Shown: positions 40,111 to 52,153, counted from the stretch's first letter. The stretch is 64,000 nucleotides of DNA from Octopus sinensis (GCF_006345805.1 NC_043001.1:63426001-63490000); one strand, 5' to 3'. Notes: a model not told the origin generated them from the sequence alone. Made by a program: numbers and translations.

Positions 40111-40808
40111 ATTTAATAACACATGTTTTATGTGCTACTATTAGTTTCATGGGCTGAAAACATGCCAAACATTGTTTTTATAACACATATGGTGTCCCAG
40201 CACGGTCATCAGATACTGCCCACATGGCATTACGAATTAAAAATGGGACGAGAGAAAAAGCGAGAAAAGGCGAGAAGGAAGTATATATAAAAAGTGGAGA
40301 ACGAAAAATAACGGATCCCCAAAAGATTAATCAAATAGTAACGGATCAAAAATAATGTAAGCTATGTGTGGCTGAAAGAGCTCAAATCCTTTACAGACGT
40401 ATGATTTCTAACACACTGCTTAACTCTAAATCCGAAATGTTCAGCGGTTGTAAGCATATGCCTAAGTTCCTCTGGAAGATATGGAAAGTATTTCCCTCAC
40501 CGGATTAAATCTGTACCATAAACTCTAAGCTAATATCTTTTCAGCTTTATAATTTACAGTATAAGGGGAAATAACTCCTTTTCTCCTTTTGCTTTTTTCT
40601 GATTACTTTTTTTCCAACTTTCCACTTTTTATATATACTTCCTCGCCTTTCTTCGTTTCTGCTTTCGTCCAATATTTAGTTCGTTATGCTATATGAACAG
40701 TGTCTGATGATTGTGCTTGGACACCAGACGTTATAAAACAATTGTTTGGCATCTTCTCAACATAAAACTAATAGTAGCACATAAAAACATATATTGGGCT
40801 TATTAAAT
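40111..40808. repeat. Old inverted repeat with ~190-bp diverged arms
   Basis: 40111-40302 versus the reverse complement of 40612-40808; both arms contain CTGATGA. Confidence 0.75.
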
Positions 40809-41110
40809 AATATCTATCTCTCACAAGATCGTGTACATTTTTTAATTGATCTTACCATCACGGAACAGTACACAATATATAATGGTGTTGATGATGATGA
40901 TAATAATAGCGGGATGGGCTACTCGACCAGAAGAAAATTCTAACTGGGCCCCACTTGCAAGTTCATGCGCTGTTTATCTTGATATGAGATCACCATGTCA
41001 CGCACATATGGTTGTGATGTATGTGCCTAGTGTACCCTTATCAGACGAGTAGTCATGATGGGTACACTGGTCCCAGTGTCACTTTGATGGCATGCACTGC
41101 TCTCTCACTC

Positions 41111-41236
<126 letters not shown>

Positions 41237-41889
41237 AGAGCACTCAAAGAGCGCAAACTTCCGCCAACGCAACACCAACGTCCTCTCAACGATTAATCGG
41301 AGATGATTTTTAAAATGAGAATGTCTGAAATATTCCTTTAGTAATCCTGTTGTCTTAGATCATTGTATAGAATTATGTATATATCTAAGTATACTGTAAA
41401 GTGTTAAAATGTATGTATAAACTCCTAATAATGAGCGTTCAAGTATATATAAAACTCATAATAATGATAAATGCGAAAACTAATTTCTATGTGTCAATGC
41501 GTCACACTTTGACCCCCTCTCTCACTATTCAATGACACTTCCTCGTGCTGGGGTGAGAGGCACAGAGACGGTGAGTGTGGTGGCGAAGGCAGAGAGAGAG
41601 AGAGAGAAAGAGAGAGGGAAAGAGAGAGAGAGAGGAAGAAAGAAAAAAGGAAGGAGAGAAAGAGAGACTAATAAATGATGTTTTATTAAAAGTAGTAGTG
41701 CTGATTGTGGCAATGGGAGTAATAATAATAATAATAAGAGAGAGAGAGAGAGAGAAAGAGAGAGAGTATGAGAGAAAGAGGGAGATGATGTACAACTTTC
41801 CTGGACAGAAATTCTTGTGGGTAGCATACTGAACCAACTACTGAACACTATCTTTTTGTTTCATTTTTGCTTTCTTTAATACACACACA

Positions 41890-41931
<42 letters not shown>

Positions 41932-42045
41932 TAGTAGCAACAGAAAAGAGGAATTTCGATTATCCCCACGTGGTGAGTTGTAATGTATATAAGAAATTAA
42001 AAAAGGAAAATACGCACACTTACATAGTTTTAATATAATTTTTAA

Positions 42046-43165
42046 TATATCGACCGGTTTCGCTATCGCTATTCATGATATTATGTTTTACTTATTTGAA
42101 TATATATATTTTTTCTTAAGGAGAAATTTTGTCCATGTTGTGTGTGATGAAATGCACAAGTGAACGACTTCACAAGTAGATAAAAAAGGGAGGTAATTGG
42201 TTATCATTATTATTGTTATTGTTGTGGGTAAGGGAGATAACTGTTCAGCTTTCGGTAATGGGAGGGGAATATAAATATACAAAGACAACTTTCGAAACCC
42301 TTGTTTAGTGAGGGGATTTATATACAGTGATGTAAAAAAAAAGTTGGTTATTCGTGTATATTAAGAACGTTCTGAATTTTTCAATGAAAACAGTTTCTTT
42401 ATTTAAACGTTCTAGTGGAGAGATTGTGTCTTTGCATTGGTAGAAGGGGAAGACTGTAAAATTCGGTTTGATGTTACCTGCACATTTTTCTATATGTTCA
42501 CTGAGAGGAATTTGTCTGTATTGCGGGAAATGGATTTGCTCTTTATGTAGAGTGGTTCTCTTTCTCAAGGTCATACTCGTTTGTCCAATATAGTTGTGTC
42601 CGCAACCCGAGCAGGTTATTACATAAATTAGGTTCTCAGAGGCACAAGTGAAACTAGTTTTAATTTTGAACCTCTGTCCTTGTTTGAAAAGGAAAACCGA
42701 ACCTTCAAGCAGGTTGGGGCAGGTTCCACAGTTTGGGCGTCCACATTTTTCAACCGTTGGTTTCGTGGTTGTTTTGTAAAGCTTCGCATTTGTAAGTAGT
42801 CTCTTTAGCGATTTGCCTTGTTTTTTTGCATTTGATGAGTTTGTGTGTTTTCAGGATGTCGTTCATTTTTGGATCTCTAGTTAGTAAAAGAAGAGTTTGC
42901 ACTGGTGTTGAATGCCGCGCTGTTTCTGGGGTTGTGTGTTGATATAAATAGTAATGTTTTGAGTTGAGGTGTGGTGTTATGTTTTGTTGTTCTTAGTATT
43001 TTTGTGTCTAATTGTTTGGCACGTTTAATTCCCTCGTCGATAAGTGAGGGTGGAAATTGTTTTTCAATAAGCGTTGTTTTGAGGTCTTGAAGACAAAGGT
43101 CCCGAGTTGTTCTATCAGACACTATTGTGCAAATCCTTTTTGCCAAATTGAAAGGGATGTTTATT
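42046..43165 (-). mobile_element. PLE 3' fragment of the same family as 7480-8640, with a hammerhead relic at 42046-42080
   Basis: NLAKRICTIVSD and NLCNNLLGLRTQLYWTNE/LHKEQIHFPQYRQIPLSEHIEKCAG. The relic reads ATATC-[CTG lost]ATGA...GAA-ACCGGT-C|GATAT. Confidence 0.8.
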
Positions 43166-43169
43166 TTGA

Positions 43170-44140
43170 TTAATCTTCTCTCTTCGCTCTTTTACGCCAT
43201 TTGGGCTCAACTCTCCCCTCTTTTCATCTAACCTCCCCCCGACTCCTACTTCTCTTCAGTCCTTCATCTTTTCACCCCTACTCTCTTTCCCTCCTCTTCC
43301 CTTCTTTCCCTTCTTCCCATTCTTCCCTCTTCTTCTCTCTTCTTCCCTCTTCCCCTTCTCTCTTTCTCTCTGCTCCCTCACTCCCCTTCTCTCCCCCTCC
43401 TCCTCTCCCTCCCCTCTTTCTCCTCCTCCTCCTCTCCCCCCTCATCTCCTCTCTCCGGTCCCCTTCCTCTCTCTTCTTTCCCCTCTCACTCTCCCCTCTC
43501 ACTCTCCCCACAACCCCCACTCTATCCCAATCCCCAGCCGAACCCACACCCCACATGGGCTTTCCGCACTCTAGCACCCCCACCTCCCCACAACATCACA
43601 CCACACTACACTACACCATACAACATTACACATCACATCACAACACGCCACCCACAGCACACCGCCCACACACCCATCCCCTACACATACATACACATAC
43701 ATACACATATCACATCACAACACACCACCCATACACCCATCTCCATATCTCCACACCCATACATACATACATACACACGTCCAGACCACCAGCCCTCTTT
43801 CACACGCACATACATACTCTCTTATACACACACGCACCTTTGTGTTGGGGCCACCTTCGTTTTGGAAGTCACTTGACCCTATTATCTCCCCTATTGTCCC
43901 TCTAGCGTCTAACGTCTGACCTCTGGCCTCTGACCTCTGTCTGAAGTCAGAACGCCATGATAGACCGTTAGCTCCTACACGCATTCTTTTCTCTCCTTGT
44001 TTCTCTCCTTGTTTTTTTTTTCTGTGTATCTTTCTGTCGAAGAGCGTAGGCTCGAAACGTAAAAGACTTGTTCCTGAGCGCCAAAGTAATACATATGTTT
44101 GTTTGTACTCCACCTGCCTTCATCTTTTGTTTATTTTCGT
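43170..44140 (+). mobile_element. PLE ORF end, CT/CA-rich 3' UTR and pLTR (family of 14860-18345)
   Basis: Begins LIFSLRSFTPFGLN; the tail matches 14900-15060 and the reverse complement of 9080-9200. Confidence 0.75.
44029..44066 (+). ncRNA. Minimal type I hammerhead motif (U6 variant), GUA triplet
   Basis: TCTTT-CTGTCGA-A-GAGC GTAG GCTC-GAA-ACGT-A|AAAGA, with all three stems perfect. Confidence 0.7.
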
Positions 44141-44152
44141 AAACCTTCCCGT

Positions 44153-44186
<34 letters not shown>

Positions 44187-44375
44187 TACACAGAGAAAGG
44201 GAGAGTATGTTAGTTATGGCCGGTTTATATCGTTACCCAACCTTTCTTCAAATTGGAAGGAGAAAAAGCCTCTTGGCTAGTTTTCGATCCGGCCATAACA
44301 GCCTCTAAATACTCTATTTTTCTATAACATAGAGTGTGGTTGTTTTTCAGATTTATGATTTACTGACTATATATA

Positions 44376-44428
<53 letters not shown>

Positions 44429-44429
<1 letters not shown>

Positions 44430-44459
44430 TAGCTGAAGGTGACCCGCTCTACGCGCGGG
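44429..44459 (-). mobile_element. Helitron-like 3' terminus
   Basis: Minus strand reads CCCGC-GCGTAGA-GCGGG hairpin, a 10-nt spacer, CTAG, then T. Confidence 0.55.
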
Positions 44460-44499
44460 TAAGAGTGTGGTAGTTACTTTCTGTTGCTTCCTTTCAGCA

Positions 44500-44705
44500 C
44501 GTAAAAAGCACCAACCGATCGTTGCCGCTGCGAGCCCCCCTGGCACCTCACAGAGTGGTTGGCGTTAGGAAGGTCATCCACCTGTAGAAACACTGCTAGA
44601 TCACACTGGAGCCTGGTGCAGCCTCCTGGCTTCCCAGACCCCGGTCAAACTGTCCAACCCATGCTAGCACGGAAAACAGACGTTAAACGATGATGATGAT
44701 GATGA
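44500..44705 (+). mobile_element. SINE with an RTE-type tail and (GAT)n
   Basis: GGTTGGCGTTAGGAAGG..CATCCA...AACCCATGCTAGCACGGAAAACAGACGTTAAACGATGATGAT. Confidence 0.7.
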
Positions 44706-44997
44706 TTCTCCCTCTTTGTTTCTCTCTCCTTTCTCTTTCACTTTCCCACTCTCTTACTTTTCTTTCTCTCGGACTCTCCCTCGCTTTCTCTTACTCTCTA
44801 TCTTTATCTATCTCTCTCCCATTTATAAACAACAAAAGATCTTGAGTAAGTTGAGAAATAAAATATTTAGAAAGATCAATCATAAATATCAGGCAGTGGC
44901 AACGGAAAGGTCTGCTTCAAGGCAGACAGCAAAACGCTAACATTTAAAAGGGACAGACGAACTTGCGAGCTGAATAAAAATAATAAAATATTGGAAA

Positions 44998-45258
44998 CCA
45001 AAGTTTGAAGGGATAGAATGTGAGGATAGTAGAGTCACCATGGTTGGCATTTCTTAACGACGGACAGCAACGTATTGACAGTTTAACGGCTGGCGTAAAA
45101 TTTTGAACTTGATGTAAAAGAAAATTCGTAAATACCAAGTTTTGAAGTGATTCACCATGGCAAGCATTCAAAACTTCTTCATCATGGACGGCAACAGATT
45201 GACGATTAAAAGGCTGGCGCAAATTTTTTAGCTTGATGTAACAGAGAATTCCTAAACA
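44998..45258. repeat. Diverged tandem duplication with a period of about 120-135 bp
   Basis: TCACCATGG...GGCTGGCG..AAATTTT...CTTGATGTAA occurs at 45035 and 45152. Confidence 0.7.
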
Positions 45259-45497
45259 CTCGCTGCTTTAAATTTTAATCCCCTTCCAGCCCCATTTAGA
45301 CCCCTTTTCACATTTTGGTTAATATAACCCGATTTCATTCGGGTCTACTGGGGCCACATTTTATAAGATGAGGAATTTTGTCCTAGAGGTCACGCGTTTC
45401 ATTTGAGGAAAAAAATAGTTGTCATGCAAACTTGCCAGCATTTTCAGCTGAACCGACCGACCACATAATACACACATTATATATATATATATATGTG

Positions 45498-45531
<34 letters not shown>

Positions 45532-46220
45532 CACGCATTATATATATATAAATTAAATTAGAGATAAAATCACTAATTGGCAAATCAAACAGTGAAAAAC
45601 CAAAAACAAAAACATAAAAATAAAAATATAATATAGAAAATATATAAAGTATAAAATTGAAAAATTTGAATTATTTAAATTTAAAAAAAAAATTATTAAA
45701 TTATATTTATAATTTGTTTAAAAATATATATAACTATCAAAAACTATTAAAAAGTTTAATATACATAAATACAGATATATACACTTTGTATATATACATT
45801 ATATATACATATTTATATATCGAACACACATATATATAAATGAACGTAATGAATATCTGATTCATAATATTTGTTCTCATGATTGTGTGTTGGTGGTGGC
45901 GTGTGGCGATGATAATTCTCCCTATGAATGCAGACAGATACATCAAAGAACGCCGTCTGACGAACTTTACATTAAATAACGGGAGTGGAATTGTCAAAGT
46001 TATACATGAAAGGGAGTGAGAGGGGAATGGAGGAAATAGCATGAGTGAGGAAGATGGCCCCTAGCAACCACACCTTTTAAGATAGGGATTTCTAAGGTAG
46101 CCCACGGGCATCGTCACTTCATTCTACATGTCCCTGTAAATTTTGGAGCGAATCGGACGGGTGTAGTGGCATTGAAAGCGATCCAAGCGGTAAAAACGCA
46201 TTTCAGTTTTATATATATAT

Positions 46221-46311
<91 letters not shown>

Positions 46312-46913
46312 CAGTGGAGGATTTTATACATATATATATATATACGCGCGCGCACACATACACTCAGGTACATATTCTTCAGGCAAATTAATTGATTCTC
46401 TGTCTGAAAAATTTGTAATCGGGATTTCTTACATGTTGATCTAACATGTAAAATTTTGTAATTCTTATTAGCAAATGAAACATGTCTATTGGTGAATAAA
46501 TAATACCAAAGATATTTTCCAACTCCATTATTTTGTAACATAATATCTCTGCAAACAATATTTCCAGAATTTTCAACACTAATATGCACCTCACATCAAT
46601 ACAACAGGTACTACACACTGGATTGTAATACTGGAATAAGCAGATGTGCTTCAAGAGGACACAGCTTGGACTTTTTCCTACCTACATTATATATAAATTA
46701 GTTATAAGGTTCAATAGAATCTAGGCACAAACACGTAGGACGCCAGAAATGGGTAGGAACGATTCACAGTAAAGTAAACAAAAATGGTCTCAGGTGTTGG
46801 TAGGATACTGTAGATACATAAGTATCAAATCTGATTTAAACCGTAGATCCGACTTTGGGATTGGTTCTAGGTGTAGCGTAGGTATAAAAAGAGAACACAA
46901 ATGAAGTTTAAAA

Positions 46914-46990
46914 TTTACGACAGATGTTTCGGTAGAATTTTATTGATGTATTCATAGATTACATCATATAGTCCACCATCTTCAGATAAG
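46914..46990 (-). ncRNA. Type I hammerhead motif, GUC triplet, with an inverted copy of its tail at 47095-47123
   Basis: Minus strand reads CTTAT-CTGAAGA-T GGTG...TACC-GAA-ACATCTGT-C|GTAAA. Confidence 0.7.
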
Positions 46991-47121
46991 ACATCAAACA
47001 GGTGAGATAATACATCGATCATGTCGAATCCAACCAACATTATTGGTTATATATATCATATTACATGTATTATGTTATGATATAATCTATGAATGTAAAT
47101 TTTAAACTCCATTTTTGTTCT

Positions 47122-47183
<62 letters not shown>

Positions 47184-47228
47184 AAACAAGTCAAAAATAG
47201 AAAATGCTAAAATAATTTTATAGTGAAC

Positions 47229-47274
47229 ATTTCAGTACCGGTTTCGGTCATTTTGAGACCTTTTCAACTGTAAC
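47229..47274 (-). ncRNA. Type I hammerhead with a compensatory U3-A8 core, GUA triplet
   Basis: Minus strand reads GTTACAG-TTGAAAA-GGTC TCAAAAT GACC-GAA-ACCGGT-A|CTGAAAT. Confidence 0.75.
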
Positions 47275-47984
47275 GATTAAATAATTAAATTTAGAAAAAT
47301 TAGAAGAAAAGTTTTTTTAAAGGAATATTTCTATAGTAGTGTTCAGATATAAGTGGCATTCTGCCTTTCTCTGACTCCCTTGTTTGCACTTGTTTGCATA
47401 TATATATATATATATACATACATACATATATACATACATACATACATACATACATACATAAACACACACATACACATATATACAGAAAGATAGATAGATA
47501 GACAACTATATATATGAATATTTATACATATATACAAATATATACGTATATAATATATATATGCGTATATTCATTCGTATATGTACATGCATCTATAGGT
47601 GTATATATATAATCTAGGTATGGTAGATAATTTATATACATACATACATACATATATATATATATATCCTCCTCCCTTGCTCACGTGGCCATCGGCCTTC
47701 TTTCTTCTAAATTGTGTTTCTTTCTTTCTCTCCGTTGTAGCTGGAACAAAGGAGACGTGTTCTTGTTTATCTCCTGTCCTAGCTTGATTTACGCGTTCGC
47801 CACCACTACCTCGTTTAGGCTTAGCAGCCCTTCCTGTTTGTTTTCACTGTCCTCTTTGTGTTACCAATTTTGAACCTCTGCAAAATCCCAAATTTTATTT
47901 AATTTGCTTTGCGGGAGCAACTGTTTTATCGAAAGCGTATATTGTTGTTAAATTCTCGAAATGCGAGAGGAGAGAAATAGCCAA

Positions 47985-48125
47985 TAACTGATGACGGGTC
48001 GTTCTTTATGTTGGTTGTCTTGTTTTCCATTTGTGTCTTTCATTGTTCGAAAAATAGTTCATATTCCATGTACTCATACTTCGTATTTTTTGTTGTACAC
48101 GCTTCATGACGTCCTGCATATATTC
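47985..48125 (+). repeat. Dispersed repeat with a second copy at ~51490-51627; possible degenerate hammerhead
   Basis: Both copies run CTGATGA.GGGTCG...TTCGAAAAATAGTTCATATTCC...CATGACGTCCTG. Confidence 0.7.
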
Positions 48126-48149
48126 TTTTATTCTTTTATTCTTATATAT

Positions 48150-48315
48150 ACGACGGGCTTCTTCCAGTTTCCGTCTACCAAATCCACTTACAAGGTTTTG
48201 GTCGACCCGAGGCTATAGTAGAAGACACTTGCCCAAGGCGTTATGCAGTGGGACTGAACCCGGAACTATGTGGTTGGTAAGCAAGCTACTTACCACACAG
48301 CCACTCCTGTGCCTA
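48150..48315 (+). mobile_element. SINE 3' half of the same family as the 27839 palindrome arms
   Basis: CCAAATCCAC...GCTATAG...CAGTGGGACT.AA.CCGGAAC...AAGCAAGCT.CTTAC. Confidence 0.75.
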
Positions 48316-48328
48316 TGTATATATATAT

Positions 48329-48405
<77 letters not shown>

Positions 48406-48406
48406 T

Positions 48407-48464
<58 letters not shown>

Positions 48465-48468
<4 letters not shown>

Positions 48469-48578
48469 CATCAGTAACACCCCCTTCCCCCAGTGGCTAG
48501 CCACATTCAGACGGCTAATACCCCTTACGTGTTGTCGAGAGGTTACTGTTTATATCTCGTTCAGAGATTTGTTATTGT

Positions 48579-48623
<45 letters not shown>

Positions 48624-49497
48624 ACAATAACAAATCTCTGAACGAGATATAAACAGTAACCTCTCGACAACGTAGGGGTATTAGCCGTCTGAATGTGGCT
48701 ACCCATAATAAAATATATAGATATATATATATATATATTATATATATATATATTATATATATATATATATATAACAATAACAATCTCTGAACGAGATATA
48801 AACAGTAACCTCTCGACAACGTAAGGGGTATTAGCCGTCTGAATGTGGCTAGCCACTGGGGGAAGGGGGTGTTACTGATGCTTTTAGCCCCAGGCGATCA
48901 ACGTCACCAGAAGGACTTTAGACACTATCTCAGTGCCCTTGTGTTATTTGCAAAGGGAGGTCATCCTCCCTCGAAGACCCGAGTACTACATACGGACTAT
49001 AGTTTCAAGGTAATTGCCTCTCGTCAACGCATGGTAAGCACCGATCTTCGATGAAGGAGTCCCCTTGCAAATAATATATAACGTTTTTCACAGCAACCAC
49101 TGTCACTGATGTAGAAAAACTGTCTGAAAACAATAATAAATCTCTGAACGAGATATAAACAGTAACCGCTCGACAACGTAAGGGGTATTAGCCGTCTGAA
49201 TGTGGCTAGCCACTGGGGTGTTACTGATGCTTTTAGCCCCAGGCGATCAACGTCACCAGAAGGACTTTAGACACTATCTCAGTGCCCTTGTGTTATTGCA
49301 AAGGGAGGTCATCCCCTCGAAGACCCGAGTACTACATACGGACGAGGGAGGATGACCTCCCTTTGCAAATAACACAAGGGCACTGAGATAGTGTCTAAAG
49401 TCCTTCTGGTGACGTTGATCGCCTGGGGCTAAAAGCATCAGTAACACCCCCCCCTCCAGTGGCTAGCCACATTCAGATGGCTGATACCCCTTACGTT
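48465..49497. repeat. Cluster of five direct and inverted partial copies of one hammerhead-tail unit
   Basis: Copies at ~48465-48580 (orientation 1), 48623-48700, 48773-48997, 49129-49343 (orientation 2) and 49343-49497 (orientation 1). Confidence 0.88.
48989..49033 (-). ncRNA. Type I hammerhead motif (U3.G8), GUC triplet
   Basis: Minus strand reads CATGCG-TTGACGA-GAGG CAATTA CCTT-GAA-ACTATAGT-C|CGTATG. Confidence 0.8.
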
Positions 49498-49543
49498 ATA
49501 TATATATATATATATATAATATATATATATACTAACGTCTATA

Positions 49544-49610
<67 letters not shown>

Positions 49611-49644
49611 GGGATAGATAACGAAAACGAAGTCTGGTGGTTAT

Positions 49645-49772
49645 CTGTGAACATCATGTTTCTGGATTATAAACATATTGAATATATATTCCATATATAT
49701 TTTTGATATATATTTCATATACATTGCATATATATTTTTAGCATATATATTTCACATCCTTCTTCAGCACAG
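49645..49772 (-). ncRNA. Type I hammerhead motif with a long loop II, GUU triplet (copy 1)
   Basis: Minus strand reads CTGTG-CTGAAGA-A GGAT...ATCC A-GAA-ACATGATGT-T|CACAG. Confidence 0.7.
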
Positions 49773-50300
49773 CTTTCCATTGAAAAAGATTTATCATAGA
49801 TTTATCAAATGCTACGTACCTCAAACCTTCTGACCATGCGACATCAAAATATTTGAAGAAAGTGAGCAAAAGCTAACCTACATAGACGTTTGAATTCGTA
49901 AATCTTCCCTCCAAAATTTTGCCATGCGCACTACAAAAATAGTTCCATAAGATGGGGAACTATTAGGTTGTCATAAGGGAGTGAAAAATCCAAATAGTAA
50001 TATAATAATAAGAGTAATATTTTCTATAAGGCTTTTAAAAAAACCCCAATTATTTACTGGTAGAATTCGGTATGTAAATATAGCCGATTACCGGCAGGAA
50101 CTTCTGTAAAGTTCAGTATATATATTGTATATAAGAAAAAGGGACAGGCAAACAGGTTGCTTGACCGCATACCGAAAAAATAGAAATAGCAGTCAAGAAT
50201 GCTTATTTCTATCAAAGTTGGACTCCGGGCATGACAAACCCTGTAATTCGCATATGCAAAACAGAAGGAATAGATAACGAAAACGAAGTCTGGTGGTTAT

Positions 50301-50413
50301 CTGTGAACATCATGTTTCTGGATTATAAACATATTGAATATATATTCCATATATATTTTTGATATATATTTCATATACATTGCATATATATTTCACATCC
50401 TTCTTCAGCACAG
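50301..50413 (-). ncRNA. Type I hammerhead motif with a long loop II, GUU triplet (copy 2)
   Basis: Core and stems are identical to the 49645-49772 copy. Confidence 0.7.
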
Positions 50414-51024
50414 CTTTCCATTGAAAAAGATTTATCATAGATTTATCAAATGCTACGTACCTCAAACCTTCTGACCATGCGACATCAAAATATTTGAAGA
50501 AAGTGAGCAAAAGCTAAACCTACACAGACGTTTGAATTCGTAAATCTTCCCTCCAAAATTTTGCCATGCGCACTACAAAAATAGTTCCATAAGATGGGGA
50601 ACTATTAGGTTGTCATAAGGGAGTGAAAAATCCAAATAGTAATATAATAATAAGAGTAAATAATTTCTATAAAGGCTTTTTATATGGAATATATATTCAA
50701 TATGTTTATAATCCAGAAACATGATGTTCACAGATAACCACCAGACTTCGTTTTCGTTATCTATTCCTTCTGTTTTGCATATGTGAATTACAGGGTTTGT
50801 CATGCCCGGAGTCCAACTTTGATAGAAATAAGCATTCTTGACTGCTATTTCTATTTTTTCGGTATGCGGTCAAGCAACCTGTTTGCCTGTCCCTTTTTCT
50901 TATATACAATATATATACTGAACTTTACAGAAGTTCCTGCCGGTAATCGGCTATATTTACATACCGAATTCTACCAGTAAATAATTGGGGTCTTTTTAAA
51001 AGCCTTTATAGAAATTATTTATAT

Positions 51025-51090
<66 letters not shown>

Positions 51091-51156
51091 GTATAGACGT
51101 TAGTATGTATATATACGTATGTATGTGTATATATATATATATATATCCGTAAATGT

Positions 51157-51360
51157 CCATGATAAAACTCCGAATTTCGGATGCCGAGGTGGAAATCCAC
51201 GCCGCCATCTCTTCAGTTTCCACCTCGGCATCCGAAACTCGGAGTTTTATCATGGCCACTGAATAATTGTCACATATTACATTTACAGATAAATTCCTCT
51301 ATTTACATAATATCGAAGTCTCTTTCATTCTTTTGTTGTCTTACCATTTTTATCAATATA
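51157..51360. mobile_element. Foldback mini-element (arms 51157-51195 / 51217-51255) with a hammerhead at 51161-51221 (minus)
   Basis: Minus strand reads GGAAA-CTGAAGA-GATG...CATCC-GAA-ATTCGGAGT-T|TTATC; family shared with 54508-54797 and the tail at 23959-24015. Confidence 0.75.
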
Positions 51361-51395
<35 letters not shown>

Positions 51396-51654
51396 TATTC
51401 ATATTATTATATGATTGAATGCCACGCATTTATCTTAATAATTCTGATGCGCACTCTATACGATCTATACGAGAGTAGAAAAACATCCAACAGCAGCTGA
51501 TGAAGGGTCGCTCTTTATGTTGTTTGCCTTGTTTTCCATTTGTGTATTTCGTTGTTCGAAAAAATAGTTCATATTCCATGTACTCGTACTTCGAATTTTT
51601 TTGTTGTACAGTTTCATGACGTCCTGTGCCCACATATGCATTCCAAGTAAGTTT

Positions 51655-51709
<55 letters not shown>

Positions 51710-52119
51710 GTATATACGTACACATGCATGTATGTATGTATGAATGTATGTATGTATGAATTATGTGTTTGTGTGTGTATACATATGTGTGGTGGTGTGT
51801 GACAGTGGTTAGTTTTTTGTGCTAATTGCTCGTAAGATTGTGGTTTTGATTCCTGTTCTTTTGTAAAACAATTCATTTCAAGTTGCCATAGTTCGCTTAA
51901 CTGGCAAGTGAGTAATGAATGCTACGACTGACCGGTCTCCTGTCCAGGGGTGTGGGAACACAATACCCCACAAATTCCAGGAAACCAGCCTTGAGCCTGT
52001 GGCTCGAGAAGGGTCTTTGATTCTTTTGTTTTTGACACACACACACGCATATACACACATCTGTGTCTGTCTCTCTCTCTATTTGTCTGTTTGTTTGTCT
52101 GTCTGTCTGTCTGTCTCTT

Positions 52120-52153
<34 letters not shown>

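Larger units (their letters stand above)
49607..51030 (-). repeat. Tandem 656-bp unit (~1.6 copies) plus an inverted partial copy (50681-51030), one hammerhead per unit
   Basis: 49607-50037 recurs at 50262-50680; 50681-51030 is the reverse complement of ~50000-50350. Confidence 0.9.

Noticed and set aside
44207-44298. 11-bp inverted repeat GTTATGGCCGG/CCGGCCATAAC with a hammerhead-like interior
   Set aside because: The arms are short, the core is degenerate (TAAAC, GCC triplet) and stem I does not pair.
45955-46015. CTGACGA-ACTTT...AAAGT, and a similar partial motif at 51440-51485
   Set aside because: No correctly placed GAAA, stem III or stem I.
48465-51030. CRISPR-like or satellite interpretation of the repeat clusters
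   Set aside because: The units are long, of mixed orientation, and lack unique spacers; the context is eukaryotic with no cas genes.
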